From NCBI GenBank assembly GCA_028534125.1, contig CM052842.1, forward strand, positions 1,736,001 to 1,800,000: 64,000 nt of DNA, given 5' to 3'. The position numbers and the translations under genes are program-made. This document shows, one piece after another, positions 47,236-59,711 of the stretch; positions within the stretch are counted from its first letter, which is position 1; every line of letters begins with the position of its first letter. The notes under the pieces are model-generated. The model did not search any database. It was not told where the DNA came from and saw nothing but the letters and a program-made list of their open reading frames with translations. The stretch is from Lama glama (lineage: Eukaryota).

Positions 47236-49319
47236 TCTGCCGAGGTGGGAGGCCCAGATGCGGACAGGCAGGTGAAGGGCCAGACCACGGTCAAGCGGGC
47301 GGAGGGGGCAGGGCCTGTGGGCTCAGGGCTCTGCTCCCCCAAATCAGCCCAGGGTCCTGCTTAGCAGCAAAGCCAAGGGGTTGGGGCCCTGGGGTGCCCA
47401 TCACGGGGGAGGTGGAGGATCTGGGGGCAGCCCCTTAGGCAGACTTGGCAAGAGGTGGAAGGAAAGCACTGGATGACCCCTAACGGCACAGCCCGGGGGA
47501 AGAGGATGAGCAAACAAGCGAGGCTATTTATGAAAATTTAAACATGGGCACAAGTCACAGCGCACATTTTGCCAAAATATAATTGAGCAAAAAATCCACC
47601 TTAAGCCCATTAGATGATGACCTGTGAGGATGAAGGGGCAAACAGGGACAAATAACTAGAGCGAAGGGGAGAAGGGCGCTGCCTGGGCCCACGTGGAGGA
47701 CCAGGCTCCCCGCCCAGGATGTCTGCGCCTGGCCAGGGCGGAGCAGGGGAGGAGTGACGGGTGCTGGGAGGTGGAGGGGCAGCTCCATGGCCGCCTGCCT
47801 GCCGCGACTCAGCTGTCTCGGGCTGGCCAGGTCGGGCTGGGCAGCCTTTGCTTGGTGCTGGACGATCCTCTCTGGAGGCCGGGATGGTGTGACTTGTCCT
47901 CACTGCTGTTCATCCTCTCCTTCTTCCACTTTCTCTGGACGAGTGGTGCCCTGAGTCAGGTTGCACTGTGTGTTGGGGCCCAGGGTGGCAGGAGCTCCCC
48001 CATCCCCCAAGGGCACCAGGGGAGACTGCCTGGAGGAGGCGGCACCAAGCAGAGTCTAAGCAGTGAGGAAGAAGGGCCACAAGGAGGACCCAGGCTGAGT
48101 GGGGCCCAGAGCTGGGGGTTGGAGTCCACCCTCTCCAGGACTCCTGGGTGGCGGAGCCTGCCTCGTGGCGCCACCCTCGTGGATTAAAGGAGGAAACGCA
48201 GCGAGTGCTCGGCCTGGCACCTGATGATCTGCTATCCTGCTCCGCTTCAGGGACGGCGGCCACGGAGGGGCCCCCTTCTCTCTTCCCATGCCCTCTCCTC
48301 TGGCTTGGGGGGACCTCAGTCCGCCTCTACGCCCCTTGCTGGCCTCGTCCAGGAGACCCCACGGACACACTCACAGGAGATGCACATGGCGCCTCCCTTC
48401 AAACAATCCCAGTGAGGGGTCCACGGTCTTCAGGATGGGACTGAGCACACGGCCCACGGAGCCTGGCCTTCCTGCCCCACCCTCGCCCTTTCTCTCAACC
48501 TCACATCCGACAGGCTGGCATGTCTGGATGGACCGACCCCACTGGCCTGTGTGTGTCAGCACCTGGCCCATCTGAGCAGACTGCTCACCGTGTGCCCTGC
48601 CATCCTCTAAACCCTGCAAGTGCATCTGCCTGTGAGAAGCCTTCTCAGATGCCCCGAGACAGGACTCAGCCCTCACCCCTCTGTGCTCAGATGGCTCCTG
48701 TATCCTAATCGTTCGTTTATGTTCCTGTCTCCTCCATCAGATCCAGAGCTTCTAGAAGGCAAAGCCACACCTTAGCCGAGGTTGGCCTCAGACCCCTGAC
48801 CCACGATGTGGGGCGGGGACAGGGCCCTCACGCTTCGTGTGAAACATTCTTGGATGCCTTCAGACAGGATTCAACTCCCTCACAGGTCCAGCGCGGTCAA
48901 GGTCAGTTGTAACACCTGCTTCTGTCACACTGACACCCCCTCAGAGAAAATGACAGTGTGTCTGGGGAGCCACTGCCAACTCGGTGGCTCGCCAGGTTCA
49001 AGCAGGATGGCCACTCAAACTGGGTCAGAGGCCGGGCCGCCTGCCTGGTTCCAAGGAGAGAGCCCGCAATGGCAGGAAAGAGTTAAGCTCGTGTGTGATT
49101 ATTTATCCATTTGGCTAATTAGGTTTTAATAGGGCTTGCACACTGTGCTTCGTGGTGTTGCAAGAGGAATTTAAATGTGCTTTGCCAGGAAGCCTGTTAG
49201 CTTTGGAAACTGACCAGAGGCAGGAGCAGGGGTGTGGGGAGCAGAGGGAGGCTGGGCACCCACAGCAGGTCTGGCCTCCGCCTGCATCCCAGCCCTTTTC
49301 CATCACCCCTGGCCAGTGT

Positions 49320-49640
49320 TCATTGTTCATGTCCATCCTCCCTTCCTTCATAAGGTTCCACTGTGCGTCAGCTCTGAGGACAGTGGTGAGGGGGCTGCCT
49401 GGATCCTGCCCTTGGGGGCTTACAGTCTGATGGTAGAGGAAGATACCAATGACAAGGCCATGGCCTCCATGGGAGACCCCCACCAGGGCTGTCAGAGCAC
49501 TTGACAAACTCATGAGATATTCTTATCACCCCATCCAACATCCCACACATAAGGAGAGGAAGGCACAGAGAGGCTAAGTGACTGGACCAAGGTCACACAG
49601 CTGCAGGTGGAAGAACCAGTATTCCAACTCAAGCAGCCTG
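49320..49640 (-). mobile_element. L2 fragment followed by MIR
   Basis: CCTGCCCTTGGGGGCTTACAGTCTGATGG (L2); GAGGAAGGCACAGAGAGGCTAAGTGACTGGACCAAGGTCACACAGCT (MIR core). Confidence 0.7.
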
Positions 49641-49787
49641 CTGGTGGGGCTGTGTTTACCTGCCTGTCTTACTGCCTCTCTTACCAAATGCACAGGGGAC
49701 CATCATGCTAGGAGTTCTGAGAAGACTAGCAGGCGTCCTGATTTATACTTGGGGTGTCAGGGGATGCTCGGACCAAGATTCACAGTA

Positions 49788-49935
49788 GGGAGAGGGTATG
49801 GCTCAGTGGTAGAATATGGAGCTTAGCATGTCCTGGGTTCAATCCCCAGAACCTCCTTTAAGAAAGAAACCTAATTACCTCTCTCTGCCCCTTCCAAAAT
49901 TAAAACTTAAAAAAAATTTAAAAAATAAAATAAAA
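49788..49935 (+). mobile_element. Vic-1-like tRNA-derived SINE (camelid)
   Basis: GAGGGTATGGCTCAGTGGTAGA...CTTAGCATGTCCTGGGTTCAATCCCCAG...AAACCTAATTACCTC, A-rich tail; flanking direct repeat AAGATTCA at 49775-49782 and 49934-49941. Confidence 0.9.
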
Positions 49936-51189
49936 GATTCAAGAACAATTGGAAGCTGGCTACAGGAAGCTCATGCAAATGTCCTGAGGCCAGCAGCCCC
50001 TTGGTGAGTAGGAGAAAGTGAGTGAAGGGCTGGCTGGATTGGGATGCGTGCGGTCTGAGCACAGCAGGAGGATTCAGGAGGCGTGGGGACTGTGCTTAGG
50101 AGTCCTCGGAAGGGCAGGGATGAGGTCCTGCTCATCTCCCCTCCTCTGGGAAGCCTGACAAGGTGTCTTTCTTTTCAGCAGAGAAGCAGATGGTTGGCTG
50201 AGGTGGCCTTGGGTGGCCTCTGTCCCCCTCTCCTTTCCGGCCCCTCGCTGGCGGACTCCATAGGCACTGGGGTGGTTTTCTGGGTGGAGTGTAAGTCGGG
50301 TGTCCTGGGTGTGGATTCAGACCCTGCCCCTTTTGCTGTGTGATTCTGAGCAGAGGACTCAGCCTCTCTGAGCCTCAGGAGCCCCATCCGTAGGGGAGGA
50401 GCAGGCGTGAAGGGCGGTGTGCGGACCCCCGGATTCGCTAGGCGGTCAGTCAGTCAGACGCCAGCGTCCTGCTCTCACTCCCTGCATTGAGCCCTCTGGA
50501 TCCTGCTGCTTGGCCTGCCCTCCTTTAGAGTAAAAACCCAAGAATAACCAAGTGTGTTGGGGTGGCAGCAGCCCCCCAGCCCCCTCCCCAGCCCAGCGAG
50601 GGGAGGGCAGCTGCTCGGAGGCCCTGATAGGGGTCCAGACCCCCTGCCCAGGTTTCTCATTCTCACTGAGGGTGACAGCGCCTTTGATCTCATCTGCTCC
50701 CATCACTGCCTTTCCCCTCTGTCTCCATCCCAGCGAGGACAAAACCATTGTGTGCGTTTCGCTTTCAGTATAGCTGAGTGCCTCTGCATTGTCAGAAAGA
50801 ACGCTTCAATTAGAACTAAAAGCCCGTGCGAACAAGTAAGAGGTAAGTAAATTCAAGAGCAAACACCATTCCTGACTCCAGAGTCTAGGTTTCGGATCCC
50901 AGGGCACCTGTGAAGGGAGAGCCGTGCAGAACGGCCCAGGTGCACGTACCTCTTCCAGCTCATAAGGTGGCCGCTTACCCTTACGACTTGGCGAGCCCGC
51001 ATCTCCCGCTGTGTCTTGTCACAAACTCCACGGCTGTGCCACTCCCATGTCGGGCCACCAGCATCGCAGCCTGGGTTTGCCAAGAGCCCTGTCCTGCTCC
51101 GTGTCCACTCAAAGCCAGGGTCTGAATCAGGGTTCTCCCCTGGGACTTTTCACGGACTCTCCAGGTCTGCGGCGTGGACCTGCCGTTTG

Positions 51190-53530
51190 GATTTCTAATT
51201 GAATTCCATCATGATCTGAGAGCCCATTCTGTGTGGCTTCTATTTTTAAAAATATTTGCCCGGGTTTGTGTTATGGCCTGTCTTGGTGAGTGTCCCGTGG
51301 GCACTGGAGAGGAAGGTGTTTTCTGAGGCTGTGGATGGAGCTGCCGGTCAGTGTCCGTCAGACCTGGCTGGTGGAAGCGCTGTCCGGCCTCACAGCCCTC
51401 CCTGATTTTCAATCCACCCTTCCTACCAGTTACACGGACAGGAGTGTTGACACCTGCAACTTGAATTGTGGGTTTCTCCTTTCGGTCCGACCTGTGCTGT
51501 GAAGTTTGTCGTCGGGCGTGTGAGCCTTTGCCCGGGGCCCTTTGTGACCGCGCCCCGGCCCGCTGTAGCTCTGACCGCTGCCCTTGCTCCGAGCCTGCTT
51601 GTCCCCGTTAGTTAGCCTCTTTCGTTCAGTGTTTGCTGGCTACCTTTCTCCGCNNNNNNNNNNNNNNNNNNNNNNNNNNNNNNNNNNNNNNNNNNNNNNN
51701 NNNNNNNNNNNNNNNNNNNNNNNNNNNNNNNNNNNNNNNNNNNNNNNNNNNNNNNNNNNNNNNNNNNNNNNNNNNNNNNNNNNNNNNNNNNNNNNNNNNN
51801 NNNNNNNNNNNNNNNNNNNNNNNNNNNNNNNNNNNNNNNNNNNNNNNNNNNNNNNNNNNNNNNNNNNNNNNNNNNNNNNNNNNNNNNNNNNNNNNNNNNN
51901 NNNNNNNNNNNNNNNNNNNNNNNNNNNNNNNNNNNNNNNNNNNNNNNNNNNNNNNNNNNNNNNNNNNNNNNNNNNNNNNNNNNNNNNNNNNNNNNNNNNN
52001 NNNNNNNNNNNNNNNNNNNNNNNNNNNNNNNNNNNNNNNNNNNNNNNNNNNNNNNNNNNNNNNNNNNNNNNNNNNNNNNNNNNNNNNNNNNNNNNNNNNN
52101 NNNNNNNNNNNNNNNNNNNNNNNNNNNNNNNNNNNNNNNNNNNNNNNNNNNNNGTGTCTTTCATTAATTAAAAAAAATCTTGGCCTTTGGTTCTTTACGT
52201 ATTCCTTCACACGCAGCTTCTCTTCCCCCACAAGGTCACCAGCACGTTAGAGTCTGACGTTGTCCCACGGCCCTTAGATGCTGTGCTCTGCCCATCCTCT
52301 CCAACACCCCTATTTTTCTCTTTGTGTTTCCAATTAGGTAATTTCTATAAATACACTTTCTGGTTCACTGATTCTTTTCTCCGGTTGGTCAAGTCTGCTA
52401 ATGACACCTTCAAAAGCGTTACTCATCTCTGTTACAGTGTTTCCTGTTTCTAGCATTTCGGTTAGAATTTCCCGTCGGCTGTGATCACCGACCTGATCCT
52501 GCACGTTGTGTGCTTTTCCCATTACAACCTTTAACATGTTGATCACAGTAACTTCAGCTTCCCTCGTGGATGGTTACAACCTCTGCGTCCTATCTGAGTC
52601 TGGTTCTGCCATTGCTCTGTCTCCTGGGAGTGTGTTCTGTCTTGCATTTTTGTATGCCTTAAATTTTGTTGGAAGTTAGACATATTGTTTAGAACAGAAG
52701 ATACAGAGGTAAGTATTTTTTATGCTTCGAGATGAGCATGCTGTAACTTCTGCTGGGATTTTAGTGTGAGAGTCTGTGCTAACCCAGGCAGGAACTGGGC
52801 TGGCCTTGAGGTTTCTCGCTGTTACGGCTGCCCTTGGAGCATCACAGCCTGCAGATTCTGGAGGCTTTTACTCACCCTCCAGCTGTAGCTCTGGTCACGG
52901 CGCAAATTCCTCCCCCACTCCCGGGGCTGGGAACTTTCTTTTTCTCTTTTCCTTTTTCTTCTCTCAGCTCCAGTGGGTTTTCATCAATGCTGTAGGTGAT
53001 CTTTTTTTTTTTTTTTTTGCACTTCCTCCCGCAGGTCATGCTGTTGTTTCCCTTTAAGGGAGGTGGATGGATGGAGAGATCCGAGCAGATTCCAGCAGTG
53101 GCTGACGCTGCCTTCCTCAGCCAGACCACAGGGGACACTTTTTCAGGAAGATCCTGGATCTTCCCTGCAAGCACAGGTGGGGTCTGTGGAAGAACATTCT
53201 GCGAGAAGGCACAACCCCCCATACACGAGAAGCCCCTGGAAGTTCATATTTCCTTGGAAGCCCACACTTGGTCTCCAGCAATTTATTGCAAATTTTAGCC
53301 CTTCTCCCCAGTGTGTATGGTGTCTGCTCCAGGGAGGTAACTTCTTGGATTCTGTTTCTCCCTAAAGACACATTCTAGTTCAGATTTCAAGTTACGTGGT
53401 TGTCTTATATCTGTTCTTTGGTGGGCTCAAAAAAAGTCACCGATTTACCGTTTTCTCGCTTTTTTTTTTTGTAAGAATGAGAGTGATGCACTTGCCTGCT
53501 TCCTACATCACTGAGCTGAAACAGAAGTCC
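51190..53530 (-). mobile_element. Old L1 5' portion (5' UTR, ORF1 coiled coil, ORF2 endonuclease region) interrupted by a gap
   Basis: Minus ORF 52334-52546 EMSNAFEGVISRLDQPEKRISEPE resembles L1 ORF1 heptads; 51190-51650 resembles antisense ORF2 endonuclease region (TTGGTGAGTGTCCCGTGGGCACTGGAGAGGAAGGTGTTTTCTG). Confidence 0.8.
51654..52153. other. Assembly gap (500 N)
   Basis: Run of N. Confidence 1.
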
Positions 53531-55499
53531 TGGAGCATCAATAAACAATGAAATGATCTAGACAATGAATACACCAGGGCAGAGCTTATGATCTGGAGTT
53601 ATGGCAACACCTCCTAGAAGCAGCAAACCCTGAAGTGGTTGAAAGCGACCATCTCGGGGAAGCACCTGCGGGGTTCTGGGTGGGAAGGACGTTGTTCTCA
53701 TCTTGCGTTCCTCTGCGCTTTTCTATTAAAATCACATGCTTGTGTTGGTTTGCCAGAAACCGGTTATGTGCACACGCACACACACACGCACATCTAAAGG
53801 GCTGGCCAGATGCGTAGCAGGTGGATCAGGGTGGTCCGGGCTGTGGCCTCAAAGAAAGATGGGCTTTCTTGAAGGGAGAACATCGGCCTCAGCGTGGAGA
53901 CTCGCTCTGGTGGACTCTGCTGGCCTCGGGGCTTGAAAGTCACTGATGGCAATCTTGATTCTTATTTTCGAAATCCAGAAAGGAATCCATCGCTCTGGAT
54001 CTTCACGTAGCTCGGGAAGCATCACCATCCACGGTGCTTCCTGAAGGGGCCGTGAGTCCGCTCGGTTCAGCAGAGCTGTTTAGCCTGGAATTCCTCTCCC
54101 TTTGGGCTGTCTCCTGGAATCACCGGTTCATCAAGTCTCACTCTGAGAGAACGGATGAAGAGAAGAGGCTGGGGCTGCGTGCCTGCGTGCTGCTTTCTCT
54201 GATTCAGTCACTCTAAGCCTCAGTCTTCTCATCTATTAAGTGTGTTTAAAATGCCTTCTGTGATTGTTGCAGGGTAAAAAGTGGGGAACTTGTTGGGTGA
54301 AGCCAGGCCAACGCATCCCTGGGCTAGGCCGCCCCCTGGCCAGCAGGGACGTGCGGAGCCAGCCTCGCCTCTGTGCTCGTATGGGGTCCTTGATGAGACC
54401 CCAGGGAGACCAGCACCTCTGCCTCCGCATCCGGACAGGGGGCTCCGGTGGCCCCTGCGTGTTAGCAGGGGTGTGCTGAGTCTGCAGCCGCAGGCCAGTC
54501 GCCGTCCTGGGCACTGGGTCTGTGTGAGCCATCGATTTTCTGGTCCAGGCCTGTCCTCACAGGCTCACCTCTGGAGGAGGGGACAGAAGTCAGTGCTGAG
54601 GAAATGGGTTCTGGAAGCCAGCTCTCAGCTGACAGCCCCTGTTGATGGCTTCTGACTCTGCCCCTGCTCTCAGGAGCAGGCGGCCCTGTTCTTTGTCCCC
54701 CTGGTCTGGCTGGGCTGCTGTCATACTTAATGGGCAGTGGGTCCAGGGTACCATGCCTGCGGTCACACTTGCCTTGCCGTGTGCCCTCGGTACCTGCAGC
54801 GTGAATCCCATCTGCTCGGGATCCCGGGGCCTCGGCTGCAGGAGGGACACGGGATGATGCAAGGAAGGCACTGGGGACTCAGGGGCCAGGGACCGGTGGC
54901 TGCCTTGCTGGCTGCTCTCGGGAGCTTCCTCCACTTACAGAGAGGAGGGGAGGCTGGGCAGCCGAGTGTGAAATTTCGCAAAGCACTTGAACATGCTCTG
55001 GCTGGTTGGCTCCCCCGGAGCTAACAGCACTCCTTCTGATAGAGAGGAAGCTTCCGGAAGCCTTATAACCTGTCCAAGACCCGGCTGCCCCGTGTGGCAG
55101 GACTGGGAACTGGCCTTTCACTCCAAGGCCCCGCTGCTCCCAGGCCACGTGGGCGTCCTGGGGAAGGACGCCCCCCTCTGGCCGCCCTGTCCTCACAGGA
55201 GGAGGGGAGGGTGTGAGCTGCGAGGTTCCAGCAATAATAAATGACGTCGACTCGATCTGGATCAATGATGCAAACTCGATTTCAAGTGTTTTTCCACGAG
55301 TGCCCCTTTCCGGTTTCGGGGTTCAGTCCAGGGAACCATGGCATCTAGCTGTCGGTTTCCTGAGCCCCTCCCGTCCGGCGGTTTCCAGCCTTTCTTTGCT
55401 GCTCTCGATTCTGACACCTGTGAAGTCCAGCCCACGCTCAGGGGAGTCGAATGAAGCACCTCCTGAAGGGAGCTGCATCAGAGCGTTCGTGGACATATG

Positions 55500-56400
55500 T
55501 CAGAACACCCGCAGCAATTAATAAATGCTCTGGAAGACATGCTTTGAGGCTTTGCAAACATCTTACTCCTTAACACTTGCCTTCTAATTTTAGCATTCAT
55601 CAGTGGATCTCGCCTGAAGCGATTGTCACTGCGGAGTTTTCGTGGAGAATTCCTGCTCTCTCGTTCCCTCCGCACTTACTTGAAGTTCTTCTGTGCGGCA
55701 GATTTGCTCCTTCTCCTCACTCATATATTTGTTCAACCATTTATTTGTATCAGTGCGGGCTCGTGGGTAATTATTTTATGCTTGGGGTTTTAATGCACTA
55801 CCAAGCCAGTTATTTTCTTGCTTAAACTGTCCCAGCTGTGGCCCCTGGAAGCAATTTCATGCTGCCTCATTTGATGTCCATCATTTATCGTGCTCTTTTT
55901 TTACCCCCTTTTTTGAGCACCTACTTTTTGGCACGGTGAGCACTACAGCATGGCCCGGACGCACTTTATGTCTCCTCTGCTCCAGCTCTCGGGTGAGCCA
56001 TCGAGGGATATTGGCAATGCGGTGTGGGCACTGGGTGTGCCCGCTGCGGGGGCGCCGCTGCGGCCGGGCGCTCGCAGCGGGCAGAGCCGAGGGCTTTCTG
56101 TGCCCGTCCCTGCGTGGATCTGACCGGACACGAGATCTCTGCGGGTCCTCCCTGCGGGTCCTCCCTGCGGCCTCTGACCTGAACTAGCCTGAGGGACTGA
56201 GCCTAGTCGTCCTCTCTTGCTTGTTGGTAACGTCCGTCACCAACGGTGAGAATCCGGGCTCCCATCACTCACATTTACCGATTTATTTGACTCCAGCGCA
56301 CGTGTAGTTTCAGAATCTCTAAACCATATCCCCTTGAGAAACGACTTACCCGCTGGAGTACAGAGTTTACATACAGCTCTTCTTCCGTTAGCTTTCCAGG
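55500..56400 (-). mobile_element. L1MC4/5-like 3' fragments
   Basis: CTAATTTTAGCATTCATCAGTGGATCT, ATTTATTTGTATCAGTG, TTATTTTCTTGCTTAAACTGTCCCAGCTGTGGCC, TAGTTTCAGAAT. Confidence 0.65.
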
Positions 56401-57252
56401 GTCTGGTCAAGACAGTTTTCCAGACGGCAGCTTCTCTGTACCTACTTTCATCAGTGAGGTTATGCCGTGCGTTGGTTGTGCTGTTAGGTCCACCGTCACA
56501 CGCTGCTCTCCATCCTCACTGACTGTTTTGTTCCATCTGGATGCGGGATGTATGTTTCTGCAGGGTTTGCCAAATGCATTGGGTCTGCATCCACCATCAC
56601 GGTTCCGTTTAGAACAGTTTCGTTTCCCGCCCAAACAGTCCTTGCACGGCTCCCTGCCGCCAGTCCCTCTTCACTCCTCCGGTCCCTCGCCGCCGCCTCG
56701 CTCCTTCAGTTTTGTCTTTTCCAGAAGGTCATATGAATGGAATCGTATGACACGTAGCCTTTCTCACAACCCAAAACACTTCAGTCATCATATCTCTGCA
56801 TCAGCCGGTGAGCCCCCTTCAGCTCTGACGTGCTCCACTGGGTGGGCACACTGCCCATCTGCTTGTCCGAGGGCACCTTGGTTGACTCCAGCTTGGGGTG
56901 ATTAGGAGTAAAGCTTCTATAAACACACACATTTTTGTGGGGACATAAAGTTTCAATTCACTTCACTAAAAACCTAGGGTTTAGGGTGGGATGGCTTGCT
57001 CTTATATATAGTAAGTGTACGTTTAATGGGATGAGAAACTGCCAGCCCGTCTTCCAAAGCAGCCTTTCTGCCATCCCATCAGCACTGAGAGAGGGAGTTC
57101 CTGTTGCTCCACATCCTTGCCAGCACTGGGTGGTGTCGGGTTTTTTGTTTTTTAAATTTTAGCCATTCTGATAGGTGTGTTATATTATCACATGAGTTTT
57201 TAAAAACATAAATTACTAACTTGTTAGACTGAATTGCTCGTTTTTTGGAAGG

Positions 57253-57472
57253 NNNNNNNNNNNNNNNNNNNNNNNNNNNNNNNNNNNNNNNNNNNNNNNN
57301 NNNNNNNNNNNNNNNNNNNNNNNNNNNNNNNNNNNNNNNNNNNNNNNNNNNNNNNNNNNNNNNNNNNNNNNNNNNNNNNNNNNNNNNNNNNNNNNNNNNN
57401 NNNNNNNNNNNNNNNNNNNNNNNNNNNNNNNNNNNNNNNNNNNNNNNNNNNNNNNNNNNNNNNNNNNNNNNN
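57253..57472. other. Assembly gap (220 N)
   Basis: Run of N. Confidence 1.
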
Positions 57473-57530
57473 GGTTGAACCCAGAGCCTCCATGCTAAGC
57501 ATGTGCTCTAACCATGGGGCTCTACCCTCA
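57473..57530 (-). mobile_element. Vic-1-like SINE 5' head (rest lies in the gap)
   Basis: GGTTGAACCCAGAGCCTCCATGCTAAGCATGTGCTCTAACCA...CTACCCTC. Confidence 0.8.
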
Positions 57531-59711
57531 TCTCATGTGGCTTTGATCTGCGTTTCCTTAAGGAAGGACTAATGGCCTTGAGCATCTTTCACGTGGTCAC
57601 TTACCATCCACGTGTCTTCTTGGGTGAGTGTCTGTTCACATCTTTCATTTGCTGTTCAGGCTGGACTTCGTTTTCTTGTGGTTGAGACTTAACCACCTGG
57701 CTGGGTGGGGCGGGTGCCACCTCTGGCTCCACGTGTTTTCCTGGGAGCCTCCCGGTGGGGCTTTCTCTGGGCTTGGCTAGTTTCTTCGCCTGTGTTCTCA
57801 GCTCTAAGGCTCAGGCAGCCTCTGCAGGCCCTGAGAGTTCTCTCTCTGCGCAGCCCTTTCCTGCTCCATGGACCACCATGCTTGCTGCAGACACACAGCT
57901 CTGTCTGCTCACCTCAGGGGCCCTGAGCGCAGCCTGGGTCTCCCTCCCGGAGCCTCGGCCTGGACCCTCGGCCGCGGCGGTGGGTGCTTGTCTCGCTTGC
58001 TTCCCGTCTCTCAGGATCATGGTCCCCGGTTTTCTGAGGTCCAGTATTTTGGAAACCACGTGTGGCCTGTTTTGGCATTGCTTTAGACAGGACGGTAATC
58101 TAGCCCCTGCTACCCCGCCTTGGCCAGTCCTGGGTGCGTGTTCCGCATGGCATTTCCACATTCACCATTCCCACTGGTCTTCACAGCAGTCGCAGCAACG
58201 GTCAGCACCATTTCCCCAGTTTACTGTGGCAAACATTTCGGTGCCCACGACAAAGGTGATTCACCTTGGAATTCCGTTCCTGCCCCAGGTAGTCAGCATC
58301 AGAGCCGGGACCTCTGGTTTCCTGCTGCCAGGGTTGGCGATTTTCTAGCAAACAGGTCAGGGCGATGGCTCCAGCTTGCAGGGAGGTGGCAAGGGATGGG
58401 GGAGGGGCACGAGTGGCCAGGGAATCCACAGGACTTGACCTGCAGCCGAGTGGCTGACTTTGGGGATGAAAAAAGAACAGGACTCAGCCTCAGAGGCCAA
58501 GCCAGCCAAGCCGGCCAAGCCGGGGTGTGAGGTCAGGGGAAGACAGGTGTCTCCTGGGAATGCATTCCTGGGCGGCACCCACACCGTCTCTGGCTTCCGC
58601 TGTGCCTTCCACCTGACAGGTGCAGGGGCTCAGTTCGTGTCTCTCAGAATCGCAGATCAGCCTCCCTGAGACGGCAGAGCTGGAAAGAACCACAGTCGCC
58701 CTGTGACAGGCGGGGAGACCCGGGCAGCGAACGGCTGACTCTGGGGTCCGTCGGGGCCGGAGCACGGTTCTGCTCCAAGGCCTCGCTCCACCCTCACTCC
58801 CATGGCTGATTGGCCGTATTCTCCTTCGCACTTACTTATTTACTTTTCATTTGCTGCCCTCAGTGAGTACATTTTTTTTGCTGTTAATACGTGGTTAGAC
58901 CCGCCTTTGGGTGTCTTCCTTTATCTTCAGGGCACACTTCTTTTTAGACCCCAAAGCGGCAAAAAGCAGACAGGGAATGTTTGAACTGTAGAAACCCTCT
59001 AAGATTTTAGCCACAGGGCTGAGGAGCCCATTAGGTGTAAAACACGGCGATGCTGAGCAAGGCGTGCGGGCTTCCCCTGCTCGGCGGCGGTCTGGAGCGG
59101 CACCGAGGCTGCGAAGCTGCCGGAAACCTCTGGTCCTCCAGGGCTGCCTGGCCCTGCAGGAGCCGCGGGCTTTCTCCCGGGCTGGGCTGTGTCATCTATC
59201 GTGGTGCCCCGCATCCCCTTCAGCGGAACCAGATCCCCGCCTCGCTCCTGTCTCCGCGCCCAGTTCCCCAGCCCCAGTAGGTGCTGCGGCGTTTGGCTCC
59301 GTGAAACGCAGGAGCCGGTGAGCCCGTGCGGAAGGCCCCGGAGCGCGGCCCTTCCCGGGCTGGGCTGTCTCCTCCAGCGCCGCACTGCTTCCTCTTCCCT
59401 CAGGACCTGAGCGAAAGCTTCGCTCCTTCCCCACGTGTGCCAGCCTCTCGTGCAGTGATGCCGTGCGACACGCACCCACGTCTCCGCGGCTTCGACCTCG
59501 GGCACCCGTTGCTCGTTCACACGTCCGTGCTCTGCCGGGTTTGGCTCAGATCGCCCAGACTTGGTTCTATGTCTGTCCCACGTCTGTCCCACGTCTGTCC
59601 CGCGTGTCCCTCATTCTAGAAATGGCAGCTGCCCGGCGCAGTACCCCCTGGACAGTGGCAGACGCACAGGAGACCAAACCAAATGGTGCGAACACTCCCA
59701 AAGCCTCTTCT

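Larger units (their letters stand above)
56510..57690 (-). mobile_element. L1MB/L1ME-like 3' end interrupted by a SINE and a gap
   Basis: CATATGAATGGAATCGTA, AGAAACTGCCAGCCCGTCTTCCAAAG, GTTCCTGTTGCTCCACATCCTTGCCAGCAC, TTTAGCCATTCTGATAGGTGTG. Confidence 0.8.

Noticed and set aside
51584-52250. Long ORFs across the first gap (also 57224-57572)
   Set aside because: Artefacts of N runs.
52334-52546. Coiled-coil ORF as a cellular gene
   Set aside because: Matches degraded L1 ORF1 within a larger L1 remnant.
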